In this document: piece by piece, positions 1 through 12,900 of the stretch
Layout: each line of letters begins with the position of its first letter
How positions within the stretch are numbered: position 1 is the first letter of the stretch
NCBI GenBank assembly: GCA_976226885.1
Contig: OZ320313.1
Span: 52,080,001-52,144,000, forward strand
Length of the DNA: 64,000 nt
Direction of reading: 5' to 3'
Origin: Iphione sp. A-MEVVRFRX5
Taxonomy: Eukaryota
The notes under the pieces: model-generated
The model's input: the letters and a program-made list of their open reading frames with translations, nothing else
What the model was told of the DNA's origin: nothing
The model's database searches: none
Program-made: the position numbers and the translations under genes

Positions 1-680
1 ACGCTTCGAGGAGACACTGTAGACCGCGCATGCTCAGTACACAGTCGGTCCTGCGCGCGCAGCCCACCGCCACATTTACCCAGCCAAATAGGTGTTTGTG
101 CAGACGCATTTCGCTAGCAAACAAGGTTTGCACGGGGCCGGTGCTGCTGTATGCAGATGAAGCCACGGGAACCGGCCAGCAAGGACGTCAGGGCGGTCTG
201 ACGTCCAGCGGAAGCAGAGCAGGACCAACTCCTATGGGACCTGTCCTCAACACTTAGCGAGGACCTTCCCTGAACGAAGCCCCCCACCTGCCTCCCTCCC
301 CGCCCCTGTCTGCATCACCGCAATACGCCGACCGCCATCCTTTTAGTCCGCGCACCCTCCAGTCTACCTAACCCCTGTCAGCGACCCGTTCGACCCATTG
401 CTGTGTCGCGAAGTGGGGAGGGGTACTTGCCACCAACCACCCACGGAAATTTGCAACAGACCGGGTCCCGGCGCGCGGCCTGCAATTTAACGACACGGCA
501 AGACCAGGCGGCCGTCGAAAGGTCACGTGACTTCCAAAGGCGGCTGGCCGCCGCGCGCATGTCCAGCGGTGACTCGGTAGGTGGCGCCAGCAGTAAGTCG
601 CCACTGATGAAACAATGGCGGCCGGAGACGTACGCGGAGGAGGTGCGCAACACTTCAGTATGCTCGTCCTAGTCAGATTA
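1..680. promoter_or_regulatory. CpG-rich promoter-like region
   Basis: High GC/CpG relative to flanks. NRF1-like GCGCATG motifs, inverted CRE half-site pair (183-206), palindromic E-box GTCACGTGAC (522-531), CTCF-like motif (574-587), YY1-like ATGGCGGC (615-622). Motif-level evidence only. Confidence 0.45.
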
Positions 681-1984
681 CCTCTACGCAATAATATACA
701 TGTATATGATAGTAATGATGTGAAACAAAAACAACGAAGAACATTCCCAAATTACGCTTAGGTTCTGATTTTATATAAATTAGTGGAATATTTATGGAGA
801 TGTTTCCTTTCGGTTCAGTTCACAAATTATATTAAACGTACCCTTCATGCAGCAACCATTGCCTCAGATAGAATTTATCAGTAGGCAAATCCGTATTGGT
901 TGAAGCCTAAATGCAAAGCGAATCGTTGAAGGTGAGAAGAGGTTGCCGCGGTGTTACTATTTTATGGTATGCAATATAAATCAGGAGGTAATCGATTGTA
1001 GAGCGAGTGCTGACTGTAATATGCTTAGTGCTGGTCTGCAGGTATAGCGCACAATAAATAGTACCAGCGCTTCCCATTGATATAACAGAGTTATTGCTAT
1101 TATCGAAGTGAATTATTTGGAAGGTATCCAGCATTCCCGATATGTTGTCTCACATGAGGTAAAGACATAGATATGGAAAAAAAGAACATTTGATGAAACT
1201 TTCCATAAGGAAACAGCAGAAAAAATTATTCGCGAAAAATAAAAGCAGAAAAAGAGGCATGCCAGGGCCAGGAGAGGCGGAGACGGAGCGTTGACCATTT
1301 CGAAGGTGATGTCTGCGCCAGAAACGTTGCTGATAACAGACCCCGTTTGCTTCGCCCCTGTGCGTTCTCCAACACTCTTTATGCAGCCCCTGCTACGCCG
1401 GCATCTGCCTTGCCTGACGGCATGATTCATCTCTGAAGATGAGTAATTGTTGCTCGGCCCAGGTGTAATTGGTCGCGTAACCAGCGAATGTCTAGCGTCA
1501 GCTATAGTCTTTCAAGCTTTCCCCCTGTAATATCTTAACCATCACACGTTCATTCCGAGGCAGTAGTAACACGTAGCTGCTACTATATTTGGTTCTTTCA
1601 AATATTACAGCCTTTAAATCAGTGATGTAGTTTTCAAAATGAGAAAACGTTAGGAACGGTAAGTTTGGATCAGTTTTGTAGTGTCATAAATTAGAAGTCC
1701 TGTATCATCGATGGGTAATGTTCATGTGCGTAATGATATACTGTATTCAGTAAAATCTGAACACGTCTCACAGTTGGTCTTTTGTGTTCACTCTTAGGCC
1801 CGGTTTCCTTACCTGCGGCGACGTGCGTTGGTATACGTGTGCGTTTCAGTGCGGTAAACGCATCGATGGGTGGTAAAGGCTGGTTTCCGCACGGCAACGC
1901 AGAGGGGTGTCCTCAAACAGTGCATGCGTTTGTGTGCGTTTATGACAGGAAAATAGAAAAAATGCCTGAAAAACATCGAAAACC

Positions 1985-2110
1985 AGCAAATTCCATGCAA
2001 ATTGTCCAGAAAAAATGCTTATTTCATGCAAATTCGGCCAAAAAACGGCAAATTACATGCAAATCGGCCGAAAAACGGCTAATTTCATGCAAATTTGGCC
2101 GAAAAACGGC
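1985..2110 (+). repeat. ~31-bp minisatellite inside the MITE, each unit containing ATGCAAAT
   Basis: ATGCAAAT at 1995, 2026, 2057 and 2087 within units resembling aatttcatgcaaattcggccgaaaaacggc. Confidence 0.85.
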
Positions 2111-2183
2111 CAAAATGTGCGGAAAAACTCGGAAAAAACGGCATTGTGCGGAAATGTGCGGATATGTGCGGTAATCACCTACT

Positions 2184-2226
2184 AAAGTCAGTCAAATTCA
2201 GTCAAAGTCAGTCAAAGTCAGTCAAA
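2184..2226 (+). repeat. 10-bp tandem repeat (AAAGTCAGTC) x4 inside the MITE
   Basis: aaagtcagtc aaattcagtc aaagtcagtc aaagtcagtc aaa. Confidence 0.9.
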
Positions 2227-5200
2227 ATGGTAGAAATACCAGTGCGTTGCTGTGCGTGTGCGTGGAATTTACGGGAACGGTCCGAAAAGCTGCCACACAT
2301 GGCGACGCACAGCAACGCACACGGACTGCAACGCAGGTAAGGAACACCCCTGGTTAGAATAAGCATGACAGTAAAATTGATGCGTTTTCCGCACTCCAAC
2401 GCACGCATGGCTACGCACATAAGGAAACCGGGGCTTAGCCAAACTGAGTGTTCAAATCGCAGAGGAAATACAAACAGGCTTCGTTGTTTCCCTCCACTCC
2501 CACCTAATCTGTTTTCTTTATTTGTCTTGGTGACGTCATGCCCCAAAGAACTATCATGCGATTATGGGATAGCCTCTCTGAACATACAACAGTGCAGGAG
2601 AGGAAATGCAGGGGAAGATGATGACAATGGCATGCGGACTGCCCGACAAACTGCTTCACGACTGTCGGAAAATAAATCATCAACCACGACCTTGGTCTAC
2701 TTCTTTGCTTAAGGTCGGATGGCTTTCTCCTCTGGCTAACGGTTGTTCTAACTGATATACCCCGTCATTTTTACAGTATCACTGACCCTGTTCAAGCCTA
2801 TAGTTTGGAGTTCACCACAGACAATGAATTATTCCAATAGATTTTCCGTGCTGTGACTCCTGATCGTAAACCTAGCATGACTCACATTGTTCCAACCAGG
2901 GTAATGTGATTCAGATGAGTTAAGGCTATGTATAGTGACAGCATAGGACGTGTTGTGAATAGAAGCCGTTCTTCCATACCAAGCAACCTACGCATCGGAG
3001 AAAGCCTGACGTACTTCACTTACTTTCTCTTTCCATCATAGGAACAATGAATGCACTGAGGAAAAAGCATTGTCATATTTTATAGGGGATAAGAGAATGG
3101 CCAGAAAGGAAAAACTAAGTGTATATCTAACTGTTACATACCGTGATGGCGGTATGCCATGTTTTGAAAAAAAAAGATGATTCAGCGCGTACCATTCATG
3201 AACTACGGTGGATCAAGCAGAAAATCGCGTTTCTTTACCGTTTAGATATCTGGACATTTTGACCCCATGCCCACGTTTATGTGCTGTGACACTAAGGTAA
3301 CTATTGTGTTCGAATTTTCTGAAGTGTGGTGAAAAAAAATGTAAGACAGTGCTTCTCATCCAACAGTGTAGAGCCACTTATGATAATACCGTACAAGTTC
3401 CTGTCGCCCTCTGTGCGGGAATAAAGATTATATTTGGCAACGCCTTGACGAAAGCTTTATGGTGATTTTCTTCTTTTTCGTTCCTTTGCGAGTTGCATTA
3501 CCGGATGCACGTTTCTGTGCACGCCTCTGGCAAGCCTATGTTTCTGATTTTCATCGGTTTGCTGTTCACTTTGCGGAAGTATGAATATTCCCGCATAAAA
3601 AGCAATATACACTCTATGTGGATAGCGTAGGAAACATGTCGATGTCCTCCCAGGAAAACTATCCCTATTACGTCCTGGCTTTGTATTGCGAAACGAGTAA
3701 GACATCCAATAGGAAGCTTGTAAACGATATGCACAAACTAGGCCGCGTTGTAACTGGTAGGCTGCGTCCGTTTGCTGCTGTGGCGGGAACACCGACCACG
3801 CAAAGTAGAAGCGCTGAAAAACGAAGGGGAAAAAATATGAGAAATCCGTGTAGTAGGCACCATGTTTGAGCAACCAGACGTGGTCGCGGCGGAGCAAAAA
3901 AAAGTCGAAAAGTAAGTAAAATGTTAGGTGCAGATGTGAACAGAAGCTATAAATGGCATGTGGGCTAAGTTGGCGTTGCTGAAAGAGATCACTGGGCCGT
4001 AAAAAGTAAGAAGCTATATGAAACATTCGTTTGCTTTCACTTTATGTAAGGAGCTGGTAACAGTTATGAGCGATGCCATCGTGACGTGGAGAAGGCGCGT
4101 TGACTGAGTACTGATGTTGTGAACGACCTCCTGTGTTGGACGCAGAAAGAAAGAAAGGCCCTTGCTGGCATTCATTGCTGTCGCGTCATTTAGGAAGATT
4201 GCACAGAGTTCTGTTGGTACAAAATCTCGCTCTTCTGATGGTTATGATAAAAGCACATTTGTCGCATTGCTGTGTAGGGATAGCGTGTCGCTAAATAAGC
4301 AGACGTTATCTTCAGTAAAGCAGCATTCTCGGTTAAACATCCCATTTTCTAGCCATTTTCAGCCTTTGGTGACCTATGGGGACAATAGCCCAGTGCTCGT
4401 TTACACACATCAGGCACAGACAGTTTCCTACGGCTTATTCCTTCTTTCCTGCCTATATTTGAAGCCGAATGCCATTTGAATGTGTAGATCATCTTTCGAA
4501 ACTTATGAGTGTATTATGACACGCACCTGTTCAAATGGACATTTGCGGACAGTCTGCCGTTTAGCCAACTTGTTTTTACAGGTGTGAGAGGTGCCACCTG
4601 GTGTCTTCAAGTCCAAACCCGGTCACCTCCTGTGGTGTCCACTTTTCAAAATACTAGATTTTATATTGGCACGTGTACATCATGTTGAGTGCCATCATTA
4701 ATCTTCATCGATGGGAGAGACATCAAACTGCCATTAAGGTAATTGCAATCGAATCTGGAATAATTGCAATACACATAGAAATAATTATGTGATTGGTGTA
4801 AATAGGTCAATCATTTCCGCCAAAAAGACATATAAATGATGACTGAAGGGGAACAACGAGATGAGAGACGAGCACGACACTCACTTGCCGGGGAAGAAAA
4901 TGAAATAGATTTATAGGCGCCTTCCAGCAGCTAACTCTCTAAATTGCCTCGTAGAGGAACTTCTCTGATAGACCTGATAAATGTATGTGGCGCCACTGTG
5001 GCTATATCCGCCACCGTGGCCCCTGTGCATGCGCACTTCGTTCACCACTCTTGGAGGGGGCCCGCTGGCAGCACAGAACGCGTCTAGTTTTTTCTGTACG
5101 TAATTGAAACCAAGCCTTTCCTTTCAATTGATTGCGTTCACCTGTGTTACCAACGGAGAATAATTTGTCGTCTGCCCAAGACGGATTCTGAACACTTACG

Positions 5201-6878
5201 GTACATGAACAACTTTGCAGGAGGTCTCTTTGTTGCGATAGGAATATCAACGTGCAGGTAGAATATTCTCTAAAGATATATGTCAGCCGAAGAAAAGGTT
5301 ATTTAGTATCCATCCAAATTATTGCCCGAAGACTTGTCAGGCTTGTGATCTACATTGAAGTATCTTCAGTCTAATGAACTATCCGAGTGTCTCGAGGGGA
5401 AAGATCATGGAAGTTAATGATTCTTTAAGAACAGTTCTTGGAAAATTGCTTCCTCTCTTGTCTTCTGCGTATCGGAATAACAAATCATGACAAAGGTCAT
5501 CGTTGTATTTTCTCTGTTATGAAACTCATTCCTTGGGACTTAGATAAAGGTGTTGTGGATGAACCTTTCAGAATAGTAAAACGAAAAACCTTCGACAAAG
5601 ATAGACTTGCAGGAGAGAAAAATAACCGGAAAGTGTTGTATGCAATTTGGCTATAGTTGATGGGGCAGCCATAATTGTTATGTCCCATTCTTTCTATAAT
5701 GCTGCTTGAAAAATATTCAAGTAATACTCGCTGCAGTTTCAAGAGGGACAATTTCTACTGGAAAACTTCAGCGTATCTTCTTTTTTCCGTAAAACTCTCT
5801 AAAGGCGCCGTGATTACAAGTCGTTCAAAAAAATCTCAGTTGCTGAGATGACCTTGACGGTTGCTCCCACAATAGATTTCAGGCTACAAGGTCAGAAAGA
5901 AGCAGCCATGAACCGGAAGCGTGGGCGCCCTATGTTAGGGTTGACGGGCGGTGCACGACGCAGACGATGCCAAGGATCACGGCATCTTGTCATACCCACA
6001 TCCTCCATTATCGCTTACGTCGACCACATGGTGGCCGTGGGAGCTGTCGTCTTGAAGTAACCTGATTGGGCAAGGAAAGCCGTCAGCGATGACAAAGAGG
6101 CTACCCTAAGTTCCATCTATCAAATTTGAAGCAGTAGCACCCAACTCCTACCGGATATGATATATAACATACATACACGCATTTGTATATCCTTCAAAGT
6201 TTGCGAAGGTTTCATGTATAGGACCATGGCCACATTTATTTAGAATAAATCTAGCCAAGCGCTGCACATTTAGTATCAAGATAGAAAACGACTGCAGTGA
6301 TATCATTGCCGGCCTGCGTCTGGGTCATAGATCGGGGTCAGGATGAGAGGCAGAAGTAATAGATAAGATCCCACGATTATATCTTCATGGCCCTCTTTAG
6401 ATTCGATGTAAGTGTACCTGTATCCTAAAACGCACGCCCGTGGTAATACGATCTAATATAGGATTCTATACGCTGGCGAACAGTGAGTCTGCTTTGAGAT
6501 ATTTCGATACAAATAAAATACTTTAATCGGCACGCTTTGGTGTGATGAATTCCTTATCTTAGCGCCAATGCTCGTTTTTCATTTACACGTATTTGAAGAG
6601 TAAAATGTTTACGACAAAGCCACCACGGCAGTCGCCGAAAAACCAAATTCCTCGAACTGATCAACCGCTCTTGTGAAATCCTGTGAGAAATGGCCTTGTG
6701 TTCTGGAACTTGGGTCTAAAATTTCTCCTGTGTTGATTTCTAGTTTGTCCTTTAGTGAATTATTTATCAGCATTAAGATCCATTCGTTCCTACGGATCCA
6801 TTCATATCTGCATGTCCAGACTACATGTATACATGTACATAGATTAACTCAGTCGATTTTATTGGGCTAAAGTATGAT

Positions 6879-6940
6879 ATATATCCATGTATTACAGTGG
6901 CATTTGAAATATATCCATGTATTACAGTGGCATTTGAAAT
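6879..6940 (+). repeat. Perfect 30-bp tandem duplication
   Basis: atatatccatgtattacagtggcatttgaa occurs twice head-to-tail (6879-6908, 6909-6938). Confidence 0.95.
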
Positions 6941-9900
6941 TCTCCAGGCTGGGAGTATTCTATAATGGTTTCTGGATTCACAGTAAGCAGATGTCGTTCA
7001 TGCAACATTTTCATTTCTAAATTTTCATGAAAAAAAAATCCACCACCAAAAAAGTGCCTGCCTACAGGCTCTAGATGGAGATGAGATTTTATGTACATGT
7101 ATTCGGGAGGTAACTTTTTCGCTCTTGCTAAATCTCAGGTTCTCTTAACGTTTAGGACTACTGATCACTTTAAATAAATCGGCAGTTGGTGTGAGTTTCG
7201 AACTAAAAGGAAAATAAATCTACAGAGAGGGATATTTGTATTGGTCTTGTCAGAATAAGGAGTGGTTTGTTTTGTCAATGTGCAGTTGATAAAAAGTTAT
7301 GAAAATGACAGACTAGGCATTCAAAAAAGGTAGTGCATTGCCTGGGGACAGTATAATGTATTTCTGTCGTTAGAGAATCACAGGATACTAGTCCAACATG
7401 CGAACTCTTTCTGCTTAGAACTGTTGTCCTTGTTTTGGCGCGAAGCAAAAGGAATACGTTAAGTATCTGAGCGAAAGGCTCTTGTCAAACATACTTACTG
7501 GGCTTGGGCAGGGATAGGTCGGTTAAGTCTAGCCTGAAAAAAAAACGTTTGGTGGGGATGAGGAGGATGGTTCTGTGTGGCCCGTGGGGCTGTCTGATGT
7601 GGGAGGTGCTACCGGCTATAGGTTGTATCCTGTCCATACGCCCTAACCGCCACCCAGCGTCAGTAGGTCAACTGCCGAAAACAGTGACTCACCCTGTCGC
7701 CTGATAAAAACGAAAAAAACGAAGAGAGGCGAAAAATGAAAACGGCAAATGTTTATCATAATGCTCCCAGCGGCCGACAGAGCCGCCACCGTCGCCAGTG
7801 AAAGGAAACACTTCCAGCATCTGGTCTTCCCTTTCTCACATCACAATTCCCTTTCTCGAATACCACATTGAGAAAGCATTTCATTGTTATTTGCATAGCC
7901 GGTGAGATAATTACATGTGTGGGTTTTTACGTAAATCTCCAGGCATCTGACACGGATTTACTAGAGGCCTGCTATGCACATAACTTTTCTGTTTGTTAGT
8001 AATTACCTTTTTCTCCCTCTTACTCACGCTCACGTTTGGTGGCATGTGGTGGTTTGTTTTATTTTAGACCACAATGACAAAAAGTCTGTCGGGACCGTAC
8101 CATCCAGACTACCAACTACTAACCCCACCCCCTCCAGCTGAGTGGCCAAGTACACCTGACAACAGTTGTCTCTGCAGGACGGCTTACCTGGCAGTGTTGC
8201 CGGGATGTCCCGGGGCCTGCTCAATTTGTCAGCGAGGAGTACACCTTCAACTGGTCCTAATAGAACTACACGTACATAGCATAACGTTACCGGGATGCAG
8301 TCAGCGAGAAGAAAACAACTACCTAAATGATATTTTAATCTTTCAAATGCCTTTGTTCTTAACAATACGCCAGAGAAAGCACACCTGTATGTTCTTTTTT
8401 AATACTTCCATTCTCGGGAACCCTGCGACAGAGACGTGCTGTTCTCTCAGTCACGAAAGTCGCGGGCCAAGATGTGTGTTGGGGGACATGGTGTAGCAGT
8501 TCAGAAGGAGTCAATGTCCTGTGTGTTGGAGACCAGTTATGGCTTGTTTTAGTTCCATATGTCACCGCCGGCCCTAAATCTTATCCGGCGCACGACCGTG
8601 TTGTAACCCTCCCTTATCACCCGCCACGAGAGGGCCGATGAGAGATTTCCATGCCAACAGGGATATGCCGGTTACACTCGCCCGGCCATTAATCATAATG
8701 AGCGGGCTGATCCTGACACACAGTGTCCTCTAGACGGTCCACCAGACGTGCCTCGCCGCTCGCAAACAAGTCGCCGCCCGGCATCTTCACATTGCCAGAC
8801 GTTAGGGCCGCGGCCAAGTTTATTGGGAGCGACGTGAAATATCCATGCGTAGAACATAGGAGAACTGACTCCGTTCCCTGGTTTGTTTCTACTCAACCTA
8901 TGATGCAGTTAAGTAGGATATATTCCAGGGTGATACTTGGAAGTGTAGTATATTAAAACGAGCGGCAAGCAGAAACCGTTTCCTACCCTGGCGGTAATAA
9001 AATCTTCATTCTTTTTACCCACAAATGCGAGTAGCTTTCAAAGTAAAATCGTTGAAATGGTGCCTCAAGTCCTGCCCAATCGTACACCCGTCCCATGGAA
9101 ATAGTACTACACGAACGACCCATCCCAGCAAGCAACAAGCACCTCCATCTGTGTACATATATTTACATAAATACAGACCAACAGACAGGAGGAGGATATA
9201 AACCGAGTCCTGTCCCAGGCATATATACCCGGCCTCCCGGTTCCACCACCCACCCCACTTCCTCTTCACCTACAAGCTCGTTCAATGACAAATTCCTAAA
9301 GCCATCGCGCTGTTGTCCTTGCAGTCGTTTATCGAATACATATACTCTAGTGCACCATATAAAACAGCTGTAGCCGTATTTTCGACAGATTGGCATCAGT
9401 ACCGGCGGTTCACAATTTAATATCTCCTGATCAGACCTCCAAAATCTACATCCGCTACACTATTGACAGGTCTTTGATTTTCCCATGAAAGCAGATGAAA
9501 TTCTTGCAAAATTATTCATAAAGATTAACAGCAAAAATATTAGGTGCGCCATACGCCTGTAACACGACAATTATTACAGAACCATCATAGTAGATTAGGT
9601 ATCGTGAAATGTGTTTGTGAAAGAGGAACAGGATCAAGGCATATGGGAGTTTGTATACATATATACATGCTCAGGGAGGCTGGCTGCTTGCAAGATATGC
9701 TTGTCATTTCCTTCACGCTTAAAACTGTCACTTTAAAAAAGGGGGGAATAGTCTGTTTCGGCTAATTAAGTATACAAGATTATACGATTTTACAGGCGAC
9801 ATCGGTAACTCGGTTGCAGTTCACTAGAGTAACGACCCATTATCTAGACATGGAAGAGTCGGTTATGATGATAATATTGTTGATTATTTTAGCAAAAAAA

Positions 9901-12900
9901 ACACAGTGCCCAAGTTGTTATGTTTTGTACCAGTCATGCCATAGTCCTAGTAGATTATTTGTATGTCGTTTCCTCCCATTTCATATTTTGCCGAGCGATT
10001 CAGGCAGTTTTAGCTACTTAAGCATGGTTTGTACTCCACGTAGCTTTGGTTTTAAATGTTTATTTGATTTTATAGAAAAAATGTTTCCGTAGATTTCCAT
10101 CGAATAAATAGAAAGATTTTACCTGTCAAATAAGTAGCGCGCGCTGCTGCGTGCTGAGGCAGACCGGAGTAACAAATGTTCGATGAATAATTAATTCTCG
10201 CCGTCCGGCGACGTTCTATCCGATGCTTTTGGTTCTTTCATCAAGTTTCCTCCATTTGTGTTAAAGCTTTCGCTGTGCTCGTTCTAGCGCAAACTTTGTT
10301 CGGACATGCACTTCAAATACGCTGCTAATGCAAATGAAAGACGATTTAATGATGTGATGTAGGCCTAGGGAAAATACTTTTTCTTTTTATGTTGCATGAA
10401 ATAATAAATTCTAGAGAGCTAAATTATATTATGTCATATGGTGAAGGAAACTGTATTTTTTGACCATTCAGATCTGCCGTCACATGGTCAAATGCTTATA
10501 CGCATGTCAGAGTATCAATAAGATTCTGAGAAACTGCTACCATATTTTGTATAATCTTGACACTTTTTGTAGCTTCTAATTGACTTTCTCCCTCTGCATG
10601 CATACAATAATAAGCTGCCTCTCTATGAGCGAGACCTCTACGCTGGCTGTCTCTGTCATATCTGAACTTCAACTGTCTTTGCATATTAATACTGAATGCT
10701 TTGTCCATGAAAAGCCCTCTGAAATGAAAATCATACTAAATCTTACCCTTTGATGGCGAACAGCCGGTGGATTCGCGGAGAAGGTTCCACCTACAGTTCC
10801 TCTGAAAGGCCAGAAAACACGGATTAAGGACAGATATGGAAGTGATCGGCCGATCCAATCCCAGCGGTTGCCAATGAGGAAAAGGAAAAAAACGATTGTA
10901 ATATCGGGAGTTTGAAAACAGTTGAAAAAACAATTCAAGAGTGCCCATTCCCAAAACAGATCCCGATGGGTTGGAACGGAACCTTCCAAGTCTGTCCGAA
11001 TAAGTTTGACTACCGTGTGTTTTAGGCCTTTAGTCTTATTTTCGTCACCCCCATTCGATCGGCCTGTCCTTTTGTATGGTTATAATTTTGCTGCATGTAA
11101 TGCTATGAGAGTTGCAGGTCCACCCTTCCCTGCCGAGGCCACGCCTAGTCCCCCTATCGCACGCGTCGGGTCCCCGGCCTTACATCACCACCCTTGCGCC
11201 AGTCTCCACCAGCCCGTCGGGAAGCAGCAACCAATTTAAACAATAAATGAACCCAAATATGCTTCACTTTTTACTCCTTCCTCCTCATCTTTGCTTAATG
11301 AAGTAAAACGTGCTTTTTTCCCTTTTTTCCAACTAACATCTGGACTCGCTTAGATGGTAGGGATGCATTTTTTGTGGTATTTCCAATTTTCTTTTTTTTC
11401 GTCCTTTCCTCTGTCTTAGTAGATTTTGTCTGTGATGTAGTATAGCGCATTTTGACACGATTTCTACATCTCACATCCTCAGATAATGTAGATATGTTAC
11501 TGCCTATACTGGTGTCAGCTAGCTTAGAATGTGGTAAAGTTCTATAAAATTTTATAATATATGTATTCTGACACTCTGTGGAAGAAATTATCCATTTATA
11601 GAACAAAAGCATACTAAATGTTCAATTTTTGGTAACCAACATATGTAAGAGATTTATTGAATTAGTTCTTCTTAAAATTCTCCTAAAGGCATGAATATTT
11701 AGCATATTGTTACGAAGTCTATACTCGTATGCATTTAAGGTAGGTAGTAGGTAGCCAAGTAGGTAGGTGATACTTTTGTCGATCGGTATAATTGCACGGA
11801 ATAGTAGTGAATCAGTGGTCGACAAGGAACAAGTAAATATACATATTTAATATTTTGAAGCTAATGCCAGAGATAATATATTTAAATGAACTTTTATGGA
11901 AAAATTTTTCAAATGGAAGTTAATGTTGATGTATTCGTAGCATTACCCAAACTAGATAAAAAGCTCAACTAGCTGTATTTGAGTATAAACAACTACCGTC
12001 CCTCAAAGAGAACAGCGATTTAAATCACCGGCTTGCATGCACAATCAGGCCGATAGACTTACATGTATCAGATAACTACCAGTGATTAGGAAGTATTTCA
12101 CACATGTTACCAGGTCAGGATCGTTACATGATCCAAATTTTAGCATGCCGATATGACATTCTTATTTGGCAATAATTGCACAGTGATAATGAAGTACATA
12201 CTAACTAGGACCATTATCATAACATGTCTCAGCTGATAAGTCGTACATACACGGAAGGACCATCATGTTTGAAAACATGTAAGAACTCGGTCTCAAACCG
12301 ATTGGAATAATTTTAAGCGATTGTTTGGTTGTCGAAGCGTTTTCTTGGGACCGTACTCATTTGCTAGTGTATGTAGGGTTTGCGCATGCATGCACCTGGT
12401 TTCTGGTCTTAGTTTTTGTTATGCGAATGCTCATCGCACGCACGCACGCATGCAAGGGAGCATGAGAAAAACAATGGGATGCTGTTTACCAAACATAAGG
12501 AGTTCTAAGCTACGTAGATTTGTTCCTCGCCCAGTACTAGCACCCCTGGAACTCACAGCTGATATTCTTTTTTTCCGGTCTGGGCGTAGCTTTAGCTCTC
12601 CGTGCTGTTGTATTATTAGTATTTGTTGCTTCATTCTAATATACCAGCGTCTGCTTGGTGTTTATTTGTATAGTATTCTGGTGACCATAGACATGCCGCC
12701 GCTGGCACCTCTGCCTAACACAGGCAGAGAAAATGTGTCTCACGGTACACCAGCTATTTATGCACACAGTCTGGTGCTAGTAGTTGTCTGGCTTTGCATT
12801 AGTCCTCAGTATGTCGCAGTAAGATTTGCCATGGATGTCTTTAAAATACACAGTGCAGTTTAGTATCTTGCTTTCAGTGTGGATCCTGTATATGTTTTGA

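Larger units (their letters stand above)
1797..2434. mobile_element. Non-autonomous PIF/Harbinger-type MITE (638 bp)
   Basis: TIRs GGCCCGGTTTCCTTA (1797-1811) and TAAGGAAACCGGGGC (2420-2434), 14/15 matching; flanked on both sides by TTA (1794-96, 2435-37), the TWA target duplication typical of PIF/Harbinger. No transposase; internal ~31-bp and 10-bp tandem repeats. Confidence 0.8.

Noticed and set aside
1782-2174. 130-aa ORF as a transposase
   Set aside because: It is the translation of the MITE's internal tandem repeats; no DDE or Myb/SANT features.
1985-2226. Regularly spaced ~31-bp repeats as a CRISPR-like array
   Set aside because: Head-to-tail units with no unique spacers, inside a eukaryotic MITE, and no cas genes.
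3457-4026. 189-aa minus-strand ORF
   Set aside because: F/Y/L-rich composition typical of antisense A-rich DNA; no domain or convincing splice context.
7491-7530. ATACTTAC... (also at 51329-37) as a U1 snRNA 5' end
   Set aside because: Similarity stops after 8-9 nt, with no U1 stem-loops or Sm site; it is just a reverse-complement donor motif.
11622-11825. Minus-strand peptide (LPTLNAYEYRLRN...RTNS) vaguely like a LINE RT C-terminus
   Set aside because: Resemblance too weak and no RT core nearby; would need a RepeatMasker or HMM search.
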